Shown piece after piece: positions 1 through 9,690 of a stretch of DNA of 64,000 nt. How positions within the stretch are numbered: position 1 is the stretch's first letter; each line of letters opens with the position of its first letter. The position numbers were made by a program, and so were the translations under genes. Origin of the DNA: Nibricoccus sp. (GTDB lineage Bacteria; Verrucomicrobiota; Verrucomicrobiia; Opitutales; Opitutaceae); contig JASGHG010000001.1 in assembly GCA_047602425.1 (NCBI GenBank), positions 4,288,001 to 4,352,000 on the forward strand. The letters run 5' to 3'. The notes below the pieces were generated by a model, which did no database searches, had not been told where the DNA came from, and was given only the letters and a program-made list of their open reading frames with translations.

Positions 1-1190
1 CGCGCGGGGATCTTTTGGTAGGAGAGCAGGATCGGCAGGAGGAAGAGATTGGAAACGATGACAACAGCGACGCCGAGCGAGGCAGTGATGGCGAGTTCCT
101 GGATGGTTTGGATTTTGATCACGAGCATCGTGAGGAAGCCAAACGTATCGGCGAGCAGCGCGGCGCCGCCGGGGATCAACAACTGGCGGAAAGCGCCACG
201 TGCGGCGGAGACGTTGTCCTGTCCGGCAAACATCTCGGCGCGGAAGGCGCGGACCATTTGCACGGCATGGCTGACGCCGATGGCGAACACGAGGAAAGGG
301 ACAAGGATGGAAAGCGGGTCGATGCCATAGCCAAGTGCGCTGAGCAGGCCGAGTTGCCAGACCACCGCCACGAACGAGCAGATGAGCGGCGGAATCGTCA
401 TCCGCAGCGAATGCGAATAAAGATAAACCAACAGACCAGTAACAAAGAACGAGACGAAGAAGAAGACCACGACGCCGCGGGCGCCTTCGCTGACGTCGCC
501 AATGACCTTGGCGAAACCGATGATGTGCACGCTGACCTCGTCGCTTTGGAATTTCTGGCGGATGCGCGTCTCGAGGTCGTGGGCGACGGCGATATAATCG
601 AGTTTCTTGCCGGTGACGGGATCGGTTTCGATGAGTTGCGCGCTGATGATGGCGCCGGAAAAATCGTTGGCGACGAGCTGGCCGACCTTGCCGGACTTGA
701 TGACGTTTTCGCGGACGACGGCGAGTTCCCCGGGGGTGTTTTGAAAACCGGCGGGAATGACGGTGCCGCCGGCAAAACCATCTTCCACCACCTCGACGTA
801 ACGGGTGTTGGGCGTGAAAAGCGATTGCACCTGACTGCGCTCGACGCCGGGCATGAAGAAGACCTCGTCGGTCGCGGCTTTAAGCGTTTTGAAAAAAGCC
901 GGGGTGAAAATGGTTGGGGCGGCGGGCGAGGACGTGGAGGAGGCTGGGGCGCCTTTGGCCATCAGGGCGATGATGACGCGATTGGCGCTGCCGAATTGTT
1001 CCTGATGCTTGGTGAAAGTCTGGATGTACGGATGCTGTAGCGGGAGTTGTTTATTGAAACTGGCGTCGACCCGGATGCGTGTGCAGTAAAACGCCATCAA
1101 TGCCGTAAGCGCCGCGAAGCCGAGGACGAGCACGAGGCGTCGACGAAAGACGAAGGCTTCAAGGGCGTTGGTGAGGGAGGCGAAGGACAT
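1..1190 (-). CDS. RND/MMPL-family transporter (5' part; runs off window start)
   Basis: Not in ORF track. Manual translation from ATG at 1190: MSFASLTNALEAFVFRRRLVLVLGFAALTALMAFYCTRIRVDASFNKQLPLQHPYIQTF...FGSANRVIIAL, followed by multiple TM segments; last gene of the DUF1302/DUF1329/YCF48 operon. Confidence 0.85.
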   Translation of the reverse strand, partial: MSFASLTNALEAFVFRRRLVLVLGFAALTALMAFYCTRIRVDASFNKQLPLQHPYIQTFTKHQEQFGSANRVIIALMAKGAPASSTSSPAAPTIFTPAFFKTLKAATDEVFFMPGVERSQVQSLFTPNTRYVEVVEDGFAGGTVIPAGFQNTPGELAVVRENVIKSGKVGQLVANDFSGAIISAQLIETDPVTGKKLDYIAVAHDLETRIRQKFQSDEVSVHIIGFAKVIGDVSEGARGVVVFFFVSFFVTGLLVYLYSHSLRMTIPPLICSFVAVVWQLGLLSALGYGIDPLSILVPFLVFAIGVSHAVQMVRAFRAEMFAGQDNVSAARGAFRQLLIPGGAALLADTFGFLTMLVIKIQTIQELAITASLGVAVVIVSNLFLLPILLSYQKIPA

Positions 1191-1203
1191 TACGGCGGAA
1201 ATC

Positions 1204-1406
1204 GGAGGTCAGAGATCGGACGGAGCACGAAAGAAGAATTTTTGGGAACCGCTAATTTGCGCTCATTGGCGCTAATTGTTTCGGAAGGGTTTTAACCACT
1301 TATAAGCGCTGAGGGACACTGATGACGGAGAGGAATATTTTTGACCGCTCCACCGTAGATGCATCGATTCGATTAAGTGCGCATCAGTGTTCATCAGTGG
1401 TTAAAA
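1204..1406. repeat. Intergenic repeat cluster: RGARGHC heptamers (1204-1220), AACCGCTAAT-type unit (1247-1276) and an inverted pair of 9/10-mer arrays (1290-1323 / 1373-1406)
   Basis: TTTTAACCACTTATAAGCGCTGAGGGACACTGAT is an imperfect inverted repeat of AAGTGCGCATCAGTGTTCATCAGTGGTTAAAA. Confidence 0.8.
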
Positions 1407-1417
1407 GGTTTGGATAT

Positions 1418-2359
1418 TTACTCAGGTTTGGGAAGGCGGGTGGCGCCGGCTTCGCCGAAGGCGAGGAGCGCGCCGTCGGGAGTTTCGAGCAGGGCGGCGA
1501 CGGCGGTGGTGAGGCCGGGGTTCCAGGCGGTGAAGGTGCGACCTTCGTCTTTGCTGACGAAGAAGGCGCGGGCCTGGCCGGCGAGGACGATGGCGCCGTT
1601 TTTCAATTTGATGGCGGCGAGGATCAGCGAAGGTGTGGCGAGCGGAATCGGTTGCCACGTGGCGCCGCGATCTTCGGAACGAAAGACGTGGCCGCGGAGG
1701 CCGAAGGCGAGGACGGCACGGCCGAGATCGAGCGTGCCGAAAAACGAGCCATCGTAGTCGGCGGGCGTGGCGATGAAGGTCGGTTCGGTGCGCGAGGCGC
1801 GGAGCAGGCTCCCGCGTTCGCCGGCGAGGAAGACGGCGTCAGAACCGGAGGCCGCGATGGCGTTGAGGTGCAGGTCTTCGGCGAGGACTTTGTGCGGCGT
1901 CCAAGTGTTGCCGCCATCATTGGTGGCGTAGAATGTACCGAAGGAACCGACGGCCCAGACGCGTTTGGCGTCGAGGGCGAGGACATCGAGAAAGGAGAGC
2001 TTCGGATCGTTAAGCTGCTGAATCCACGTCGCGCCGCCATCTGCGGTGTGCAAAATCGTACCGTCGTGGCCGACGATCCAGCCGTGTTGTTCGTCGGCAA
2101 AGCTGACGCCTGTGAGCGTGGCATGGGCGGGGGAAACGAGCGTTGTCCAAGTCTGGCCGGAGTCGGAAGAGCGGAGGATGCGGCCGCGTTCGCCGACGGC
2201 GAAAATGTTTTTCTGGACGACGGCGGCGTCGAGCAAAAGGCCATTGGCGGTGGCGGCTGGCTCGGCGGCGTGAACGCGGAGGGTGAGCAACAAGACGGTC
2301 GAAAATGAGAGGAAACGTTTCAAGAAACGGAAGGTTGGCCACAAAAGCGCAAAAGGCAC
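1418..2359 (-). CDS. YCF48/BNR (Asp-box) beta-propeller protein
   Basis: Repeated SxDxGxTW Asp-boxes (SSDSGQTW, TADGGATW, TNDGGNTW, SEDRGATW); AVGERG motif; signal peptide; exact start uncertain. Confidence 0.85.
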   Translation of the reverse strand: MPFALLWPTFRFLKRFLSFSTVLLLTLRVHAAEPAATANGLLLDAAVVQKNIFAVGERGRILRSSDSGQTWTTLVSPAHATLTGVSFADEQHGWIVGHDGTILHTADGGATWIQQLNDPKLSFLDVLALDAKRVWAVGSFGTFYATNDGGNTWTPHKVLAEDLHLNAIAASGSDAVFLAGERGSLLRASRTEPTFIATPADYDGSFFGTLDLGRAVLAFGLRGHVFRSEDRGATWQPIPLATPSLILAAIKLKNGAIVLAGQARAFFVSKDEGRTFTAWNPGLTTAVAALLETPDGALLAFGEAGATRLPKPE

Positions 2360-2667
2360 AGGAGGATTTTGGAACCGCTAATTTGATTTTTTAGGAGGAA
2401 ACAGAGGGAGACGGAGGTTTTTTAACCACTTATGTCCACTGAACGGCACTTATGGATGGGGAAGGTCTTTTTAGCCAAGGATGGCATGGATTAACAGGGA
2501 TTGAAGGTGGAGCGCGTTGGCCTCAACGCGCTTGTAACGTCGCCCTAGAACCAGCGCATTGGAGTCAATGCGCTCCACCCTCAAAGCATCGATCGGAATA
2601 AGTGAGCATCAGTGCGCATAAGTGGTTGAGAAATTCATCCGTGCCGATCCGTGGAATCCGTGGTTAA
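2337..2667. repeat. Compound repeat locus: several 9/10-mer array arms surrounding a REPIN-like double hairpin
   Basis: Arms at 2418-2453 / 2598-2627 and 2468-2502 / 2637-2667; remnants at 2337-2363 and 2373-2384; REP pair at 2501-2584. Confidence 0.8.
2501..2584. repeat. REPIN-like element (two inverted GTGG-hairpin REP units)
   Basis: GTGG-AGCGCGTTG-GCCT-CAACGCGCT ... AGCGCATTG-GAGT-CAATGCGCT-CCAC. Confidence 0.7.
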
Positions 2668-2676
2668 GAAGATCGA

Positions 2677-4104
2677 TCAGCGCGTGCCTTCGTTGGCGAG
2701 GGCGGTGGAGGAGAAATCGGAGGGGCTGCGCTTGAGCGAGAAGTCGTAGGCTTTGTGCTCGTTGTTAAGACCGACCACGAGATAGCGGCCGTTGGAAAGG
2801 TCGGTGTGGACTTCGAGTGCGCTCCAAAAGGTCGGGACCTCGTAGTAGTTGATGCAATGTGCCTCGGAGACGCGCCAGAGCACGCCGCGCGTGTCGTATT
2901 GATCGACGGCGAGGATCTGCCACGAGTCCTCGTCGACGTAGAAGGTGCGGCGGGCGTAAAGATGGCTGGAACCGGGCTTGACGGTGGCGTCGACGACCCA
3001 GACGCGGTGGAGCTCGTAGCGGGTGAGATCCTGGTTGATATGAAGTGGTTTCAGTATTTCCGAAATCTTCACTTTGTCGCTATGAAGCTGGTAGGAATTG
3101 TAGGGGACAATCAGTTCCTTTTTGCCGAGCAGTTTCCATTCATAGCGGTCGGGCGCGCCGTTATACATATCGAACTGATCGTTGGTACGCATGCCATCGG
3201 AGGCGGTGCCGGGTTCGTCGTAGGCAACCTTGGGAGCGAGGCGGACACGGCGCTGGCCGGGATTGTAGAGCCAGGCGTGGCGGGCTTCCTTCACCTGGTC
3301 CATCGTCTCATGCACGAGCAGAATCGAGCCGGCGTAGCGGGCGGGAGCGGTGGTGGCCTGCTTGTAATAGATCAGAATGTTTTTGAGATCCTGAGCGGTG
3401 ATGTCGGGGCGGACGTAGTTGAAAAGGAATTCGTCTTCGAACTGAACGAGACTGTAGCTGCCGTTGCGGAGCGGAGCGGCCTGCGCATAGGTGCGCGAAG
3501 CGGCGACCCCGCGGAACCGAACCAGATGATTCCAGATGACCTCGAGGCCGTTTTGAGGAACAGGGAACGGAATACCGACGAGCGCACCCTCGACGTTCGC
3601 GCCATTGTTGGCGAGGCGGGCCGTAGGCGCGATCTGCTTCGTGGCGTCGTAAATGCGTTGGGGATAGGAAGCGGTACGGTGGGTCGGGTAAACAGGGATT
3701 TTGTAATCGGCGTAGGTCTTCAACAATGCGATGTGGCCGGCGGTGAGGCGGCTCTCGTACTGAGCGAGATTGGCGGCCGTGACGGTATAGAGCGACGCCT
3801 CGTCGGCGAACGGCGCGGGATGATGATCGCCAATTTTGTATCCGGCAGGTGGTGTGGTGACGCCACCGTCCCACGCGGGGATGGTGCCATCGGCATTGCC
3901 GGCGCGCTCGGCACCGAGGGGCGTAAGGTCTTGACCGAGGCGGGCGAGGTCGGCGTCGCTGATCGTGGCGTGGGCCAAAGCGGCGGAGGTCAGAAGACAG
4001 AGGCCAGAAGCCAGAAGCCGGAGGACGGAGGTCGGATGCCGGAGGTCGGAGGGATGCTCTTCGGGGCGTGATGAAGACGAATCGGAAGTCGGGGAAATTT
4101 TCAT
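2677..4104 (-). CDS. DUF1329 family periplasmic protein (LolA-like fold)
   Basis: LTPLGAERAGNADGTIPAW, GIPFPVPQNGLEVIWN, AWLYNPGQRRVRLAP, RYELHRVWVV, RTFYVDEDSW motifs. Confidence 0.9.
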   Translation of the reverse strand: MKISPTSDSSSSRPEEHPSDLRHPTSVLRLLASGLCLLTSAALAHATISDADLARLGQDLTPLGAERAGNADGTIPAWDGGVTTPPAGYKIGDHHPAPFADEASLYTVTAANLAQYESRLTAGHIALLKTYADYKIPVYPTHRTASYPQRIYDATKQIAPTARLANNGANVEGALVGIPFPVPQNGLEVIWNHLVRFRGVAASRTYAQAAPLRNGSYSLVQFEDEFLFNYVRPDITAQDLKNILIYYKQATTAPARYAGSILLVHETMDQVKEARHAWLYNPGQRRVRLAPKVAYDEPGTASDGMRTNDQFDMYNGAPDRYEWKLLGKKELIVPYNSYQLHSDKVKISEILKPLHINQDLTRYELHRVWVVDATVKPGSSHLYARRTFYVDEDSWQILAVDQYDTRGVLWRVSEAHCINYYEVPTFWSALEVHTDLSNGRYLVVGLNNEHKAYDFSLKRSPSDFSSTALANEGTR

Positions 4105-4128
4105 GGCGTGGAGTAGTTTGGCCGGATT

Positions 4129-6123
4129 TTAGAAAGAGAATTTAAGGGTGCTGGCAACGTAGTCGCGGTCGGCGATCAGATTGTAGCGGCCGGCGCCGAA
4201 AAAATTTACGTAACGGACTTCGAGCGCCCAGCTGTTTTGCCAGGAGAATTCGGCGACGAGGTTGATGGACTTGCGGCCGGAAACGAAATTGCCAAGCGGG
4301 AGCGGGGTGTTGCCCTTGACGTCGTGCACGAAGGCGATGGCGGGCGTGATGTTGATTCCGGCGAAGACGTTGTTGTACTCGAGGCGGGCGACGACCTGAT
4401 AGCCCCAAGAGAGTGGATCGGCAAAGGCGCTATAGGGCGTGGCGGGGAGCGGTGTGCTGCCGGCGGAGGTAGTGTTGTTCATCGCGACCTGGCTGCCGCT
4501 GGTGAAGGTGCCGGCGCCGTCGAAACGAAGCTCGTCCTTCGAGGGAAGCGAGGGAACGTAGATGCCGCCAATTTCACCGATCAGCGTGGATTGGTTGGCG
4601 CCCAGGAAATGGCCGAACGTGCGGGTGAGCGTGGTCTGTGCAGTCCAGACATCCTTGCGGCGGTAACCGGAAATCTCGGTGTCATATTGTCCGAGGTAGT
4701 TGCCGACTTGATTGGCATTGTTGGACTGGCCGAACCGGCTGCTAAGGGCAGAGAGGGTCGCGAAAAGGAGTTCGACATCGTCGATTTGCAGCGGCACGCC
4801 GCGCTTGTAGGAAACCTCGCCCTGCATCGCGATGCCGGTATTGCCAAGCGCGGTGTTAAAACTGACGCCGAGCATGCGGATGTTTTTGGGATATTCGACG
4901 AAGTAGCGACCGGTGGCGGCGGCATTAAGCAGACCGAGTTGCGAGGCGCCATTGGCGATCGTCACGGCGCCGGGGTAGAACGGAGCGTAAGGTGCAAGCC
5001 CGGCCGGAAGCGAAGACGCGGGTGTTCCGAGAAACGCCAGGCCGAGCAGCTGGGGCAAGACCGTGGCGACGGTGGCCGGTGGAACGCCGTTGGCGATCAT
5101 GGCTGGTGCGAGTTGCGCGGAAGCCAGGGCGGACGCCGTGGCCTGGACCTGAAGAACGTTGACCGGACCGGTCGGAGTTCTGGCGCTGATCACGGGAAGG
5201 CGGCTGTGATAATTGACAAAGTAGAAGCCAAAATCGGTGTTGCCGAGGGCAGGCACCGAAATGTGCACATCGGCGCCGAACTGGTTGTAATTGCCGGGTT
5301 CGCGATCGTAATCGCGCGGCACGGCGCCGAGCGGCGTGCGGTCGGAAAGGGCGCCGAAGCCAAGATAGACATTGGTTCCCCCGCGGGTCGCAAAATCGTT
5401 CGTGCTGAAATAGGTGCCGGCGGGATCGATCTCGGTGCGACGGAACTCGAGCAACCAGAACGCCTCAGCGGTGATATTGTCGCTCACGCTGAACGACGAT
5501 TTGAGCATGTTGACAGGCAGGAGCACCTCGCGGAGTTCGGCGCCGGGCACGCGGAGTTTCGCGGCGTCGACGGAATTCACGACGTTGATGCCGTTGGGAA
5601 TGAAGGTGCTTTCTCCGAGGTTGAGAACCTGGCGGCCAAAACGAAGATCGAGCGCGTGGCCGTTGACGTCGAATTTTCCACGCACGTAGAGATCGAGAAA
5701 ATCGCGATAGGTGCCGACGCGGTTGCGGGCGTCGTTCGAGAGCGGCGTGCGCTCGCGCGGGTCGTCCTGATTTTCCGCGTCGTAGAAATAGTAGCCGCTG
5801 GCGAGGGCGCCGAAGTTGCGATATTTCAACTCGAGCGTGTGCGTGGCCTTGGCGACGCGGGAAGCGAAACCGCGCTTGTAGTTGAGATTGCCGTCGTCGG
5901 CGTTGACGGAGTTTTGCTGACCGCCATTGGAGGTGCCGTAATAGGTCGGGTCGGGATCTTCGAGGCGATAAAGCCCGCCGACGGAAAGCGTGGTGTCGAA
6001 AGTGCCCTTAACTTCGCCAAGTTCGAGTGGCAGCGCGCTCGCGGCGACTGGCAGGAGAAGGAACGGAAGACTATGGATACAACGGAAGGTTCGGCTTGGT
6101 TTCTTCGACGGTTGGTTTTTCAT
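4129..6123 (-). CDS. DUF1302 family outer-membrane protein
   Basis: Signal peptide; N-x-DDGNLNY, GRQVLNLGESTFIPNGIN, NYHSRLP; C-terminal DRDYVASTLKFSF beta-signal. Confidence 0.9.
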   Translation of the reverse strand: MKNQPSKKPSRTFRCIHSLPFLLLPVAASALPLELGEVKGTFDTTLSVGGLYRLEDPDPTYYGTSNGGQQNSVNADDGNLNYKRGFASRVAKATHTLELKYRNFGALASGYYFYDAENQDDPRERTPLSNDARNRVGTYRDFLDLYVRGKFDVNGHALDLRFGRQVLNLGESTFIPNGINVVNSVDAAKLRVPGAELREVLLPVNMLKSSFSVSDNITAEAFWLLEFRRTEIDPAGTYFSTNDFATRGGTNVYLGFGALSDRTPLGAVPRDYDREPGNYNQFGADVHISVPALGNTDFGFYFVNYHSRLPVISARTPTGPVNVLQVQATASALASAQLAPAMIANGVPPATVATVLPQLLGLAFLGTPASSLPAGLAPYAPFYPGAVTIANGASQLGLLNAAATGRYFVEYPKNIRMLGVSFNTALGNTGIAMQGEVSYKRGVPLQIDDVELLFATLSALSSRFGQSNNANQVGNYLGQYDTEISGYRRKDVWTAQTTLTRTFGHFLGANQSTLIGEIGGIYVPSLPSKDELRFDGAGTFTSGSQVAMNNTTSAGSTPLPATPYSAFADPLSWGYQVVARLEYNNVFAGINITPAIAFVHDVKGNTPLPLGNFVSGRKSINLVAEFSWQNSWALEVRYVNFFGAGRYNLIADRDYVASTLKFSF

Positions 6124-6299
6124 GGAATGTCAGGTAAATGTAGTCCTGCCGCGCCAAGACTTGGCGAGGGGTTGTGGGGTAGGCAGGCTGAACGGAAAAG
6201 ATATTCAAAGCACGCTGTTTCAAGAGGGAATGCCAAGTATACGAAAATGTTATCGTGCTTTGACCTCCACGTAAAATTAGCGATTCTGCAGGTCCGACC

Positions 6300-9161
6300 A
6301 TGCAGGCTGAAACACACATTCATATCAAAGGCGCCCGCGAGCATAATTTGAAGAACCTCGAATTGCGCATTCCGCGGGGCAAACTGGTTGTTCTGACGGG
6401 GCCAAGTGGTTCGGGCAAATCGTCGCTGGCGTTCGACACGATTTACGCCGAGGGCTACCGAAAATACATGGAGTCGCTGAGCACGCAGGCGCGTCAGGTG
6501 CTCGAACAACTGAAGCGGCCGGACGTGGACTTCATCCACGGACTCTCGCCGGTGCTGGCCATCGAGCAGCGCACGGGCGGTAGCTCGCCGCGCAGCACGA
6601 TCGCGACGGTGACGGAGATTGCCGATTACGCACGGTTGTTGTGGGCGCTGGTCGGAGAACAAGTCTGCCCGAAGGACGGCGGACGGGTGGTGCAACGTTC
6701 GCTCGACGACAATATTCAACGCATCTTCACTGAGGCTCCAGGCGAACGGGTGATGCTGCTCGCGCCCTGCATGCGCGCCAAGCCGAGCGTGCTTCGTGAA
6801 GAATTGCCGCGACTGCGCCAGCGCGGGTTTCAACGCGTGAGACTCGACGGAGAAATCAAAAATCTCGACGATCCGCACCTTGTGCCGAGCGGCGCGAAGG
6901 AGATTGTGGTGGATCTGGTTGTGGATCGTCTTGTCGCAAATGCGGATCAACGCAGTCGCGTGGCCGATTCGCTTGAGCTGGCTTTTCGCGAAGGGCACGA
7001 CCGCGCGATCGTCCTTGCGCAAAAGTCAGCTGACGGGCCGTGGCGGGAAATTCTACTCAGCCAGCATCTCGCCTGTGAAGTCTGCGGCGACGTTTTCGAA
7101 AAACTCACCCCGCGGCATTTTTCGTTCAACCACTCGGAAGGCGCGTGCGGCACCTGCGGGGGCTTGGGGCGTAAGCTTAGGTTCGTGCCCGAGCTCGTCG
7201 TGCCCGATCCGGAGAAATCCGTGCGCGAGGGCGCGCTCAAGCCCTGGCGCATCGGCGGAAAAAATCTTATCATCAAGCACAACGCGATTCTCAAGCAGCT
7301 GGCCGAGCAACTGCCCTTTGATGCGGAAATCCCCTGGCGGAAATTGCCCGAAGGCACGCGACAGACATTGCTTTTTGGCGGGGGTGAACGGTTGTTTTCT
7401 TTCAAGCTGCGCCGGATGCGCGAACCGAAAGCGATGCCCTTTGCCGGAGTGATTCCGATGCTCGACGAAAGCTGGCGTGAGACGGACAGCGACGGATTTC
7501 GCGCGCGCCTGACGACGTTCATGGTGAGCGGCGAGTGTCCTGAGTGTCACGGCACCCGGCTCAACGCACGCAGCGGTGCGGTGCGCGTGGGAGGAAAGAC
7601 GTTGCCGGAATTCTTTGGGATGGATGTGAATTCGGCTGCAGAATTCGCGCGTGGCCAGGCCGCCGCGCTTTCGGCCAACGAAGCGGTGCGGGAAATCGTC
7701 GCGGGCATCGATCAGCGCATGAGATTTTTGTTGGAGACGGGACTTGGTTATTTAAATTTGGACCGCGACTATGGAACGCTCTCCGGCGGCGAGGCGCAAC
7801 GCGTGCGGCTGGCGACGCAACTCGGCATGGGCTTGATGGGCGTCATCTATGTGCTCGATGAACCGAGCATCGGTTTGCACCCGCACGACAATCAGAAGCT
7901 TCTCGAAACACTGCGCGAGCTCCGCGATCGCGGAAATACCGTGCTCGTGGTCGAGCACGATGAAGACACCATGCGCATTGCGGATGAAATCATTGAGCTC
8001 GGGCCGGAAGCGGGGGTTGAGGGCGGAAATATTTTGTTTCAAGGCACGCCCGCCCAATGCGCCGCGCAGCCGGCCAGTATTTCGCGCACCGGGCCCTTTC
8101 TCGCTCGAAAAATGTCGGTCGAGAAAGATGCGAAGACGAAAAAGCCCGATGACGCCTGGCTGACGGTTAGGGAAGCCAGCGAGCACAACCTGCGCGGTGT
8201 CGACGCACGTTTTCCGATCGGCCTGCTCACTTGCGTCACGGGCGTTTCCGGCTCGGGTAAGAGCACGCTCGTCAATGACGTGCTCGCCGCGGCCGCCGCG
8301 CGAAAACTTAACGGAGCCAAAACCATTCCGGGCAAGCACCGCCACATTGAGAATCTCGATTTCTTCGAGAAGCTCGTGCAGGTGGATCAGGAGCCGATCG
8401 GTCGCAGCCCCAGGTCGAACCCAGCGACGTATACAAAAATGCTCGACTTGTTGCGCGATCTTTTTGCGCAGGTGCCGCTTGCCAAGGTGCGGGGCTACAA
8501 GGCCAGCCGTTTTTCCTTCAATATTCGCGGCGGCCGCTGCGAACGCTGCCAAGGCGACGGCGTGATCAAACTCGACATGCAATTCATGGCCGATGCCTAC
8601 GCGCCGTGCCCGAGTTGCGGCGGGAGGCGTTTTAATCGCGAGACGTTGGAAATTCTTTTTCACGGGAAGTCCATTGCCGATGTGCTCGACATGACGGTGC
8701 GGGAAGCGATGAAACTTTTCCGGAACATTCCGCGCGTGATGGACAAATTGGAAACGCTCAACGCTGTCGGCCTCGGCTATCTGACGCTCGGTCAATCGGC
8801 GACGACGTTGTCGGGCGGAGAAGCGCAACGCATCAAACTTTCGCTCGAGCTCAGCAAACGACAGCAAGGCGACACGCTCTATATTCTCGACGAGCCGACG
8901 ACCGGACTGCACTGGACCGATATCCAGAATCTCATGGATCTGCTCTTTAAGCTGCGCGATGCCGGCAACACCATCATTGTCATCGAACACAACCTCGACG
9001 TGATCAACCTGGCCGATTGGATCATTGATCTTGGTCCGGGCGGCGGAACGGCCGGAGGCGATATCGTATTTGCGGGCTCTCGGGACGAATTGCTTCGAAC
9101 CGAAACCTCGCTTACCGGCAGAGCCCTGAAACGATGGAGCGAGCAGGGTGGGGCGGTTTAG
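6300..9161 (+). CDS. uvrA: Excinuclease ABC subunit A
   Basis: GAREHNLKN, two Walker A motifs ([18 protein letters not shown]), two LSGGEAQR signatures, CxxC zinc fingers. Confidence 0.97.
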   Translation: MQAETHIHIKGAREHNLKNLELRIPRGKLVVLTGPSGSGKSSLAFDTIYAEGYRKYMESLSTQARQVLEQLKRPDVDFIHGLSPVLAIEQRTGGSSPRSTIATVTEIADYARLLWALVGEQVCPKDGGRVVQRSLDDNIQRIFTEAPGERVMLLAPCMRAKPSVLREELPRLRQRGFQRVRLDGEIKNLDDPHLVPSGAKEIVVDLVVDRLVANADQRSRVADSLELAFREGHDRAIVLAQKSADGPWREILLSQHLACEVCGDVFEKLTPRHFSFNHSEGACGTCGGLGRKLRFVPELVVPDPEKSVREGALKPWRIGGKNLIIKHNAILKQLAEQLPFDAEIPWRKLPEGTRQTLLFGGGERLFSFKLRRMREPKAMPFAGVIPMLDESWRETDSDGFRARLTTFMVSGECPECHGTRLNARSGAVRVGGKTLPEFFGMDVNSAAEFARGQAAALSANEAVREIVAGIDQRMRFLLETGLGYLNLDRDYGTLSGGEAQRVRLATQLGMGLMGVIYVLDEPSIGLHPHDNQKLLETLRELRDRGNTVLVVEHDEDTMRIADEIIELGPEAGVEGGNILFQGTPAQCAAQPASISRTGPFLARKMSVEKDAKTKKPDDAWLTVREASEHNLRGVDARFPIGLLTCVTGVSGSGKSTLVNDVLAAAAARKLNGAKTIPGKHRHIENLDFFEKLVQVDQEPIGRSPRSNPATYTKMLDLLRDLFAQVPLAKVRGYKASRFSFNIRGGRCERCQGDGVIKLDMQFMADAYAPCPSCGGRRFNRETLEILFHGKSIADVLDMTVREAMKLFRNIPRVMDKLETLNAVGLGYLTLGQSATTLSGGEAQRIKLSLELSKRQQGDTLYILDEPTTGLHWTDIQNLMDLLFKLRDAGNTIIVIEHNLDVINLADWIIDLGPGGGTAGGDIVFAGSRDELLRTETSLTGRALKRWSEQGGAV

Positions 9162-9282
9162 GCAGGGTTATTTTTGCCCGCAGTAGGAAAACTGAACGAC
9201 GTGTGAAGCCCGTCTCATAGCAGTGTTTGGCGGTTTCTTTTGTCTCAAGAATTATACCCGGCGGTTCGATGGCGATAATTGC

Positions 9283-9567
9283 GTGGACAATCACCCCTTC
9301 AATTCAGCGCACTCGGATATACCTTGGGAAATTTCGGCGGTCTCGCACGAACTTATGACTCAGCAATGGTGCGAGTTACACCGTTTGATTGAAGAGCTCA
9401 GCGCGGTGCAGGCTCGCTTGGGCACTCCGCTGGAAAACAGCAACGACTACGACCTCGTACGCGATCTCGGCCACAAGATCCGCAACAAGCTGCACCTTAT
9501 GCAGCTTTGGGCGGAAATGGGCATGGTCAGTCGCGACGAAATTTTGGTTGAAATGTCGGCGGGTTGA
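9283..9567 (+). CDS. Small hypothetical helical protein with an H-box-like motif
   Basis: Open frame between uvrA and cysI; start GTG 9283 or ATG 9355; LVRDLGHKIRNKL. Confidence 0.5.
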   Translation: MDNHPFNSAHSDIPWEISAVSHELMTQQWCELHRLIEELSAVQARLGTPLENSNDYDLVRDLGHKIRNKLHLMQLWAEMGMVSRDEILVEMSAG

Positions 9568-9690
9568 GTCCAAATAAGATCGTATAAGTTAGTTAATATT
9601 AGCATCAAGCGTCACTAGTTTAGTAAGTACGTCAAAAAACAAAGTAATGCTTGCGCGGTGGCTCGGACTGCACATGTTTTCTGCATTCTC

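Noticed and set aside
15..1040. 341-aa plus-strand ORF, and many similar long ORFs (1322-2308, 2755-4071, 4237-6351, 24856-26466, 51216-52508 etc.)
   Set aside because: Antisense shadow frames of well-supported genes in GC-rich DNA; no recognisable motifs
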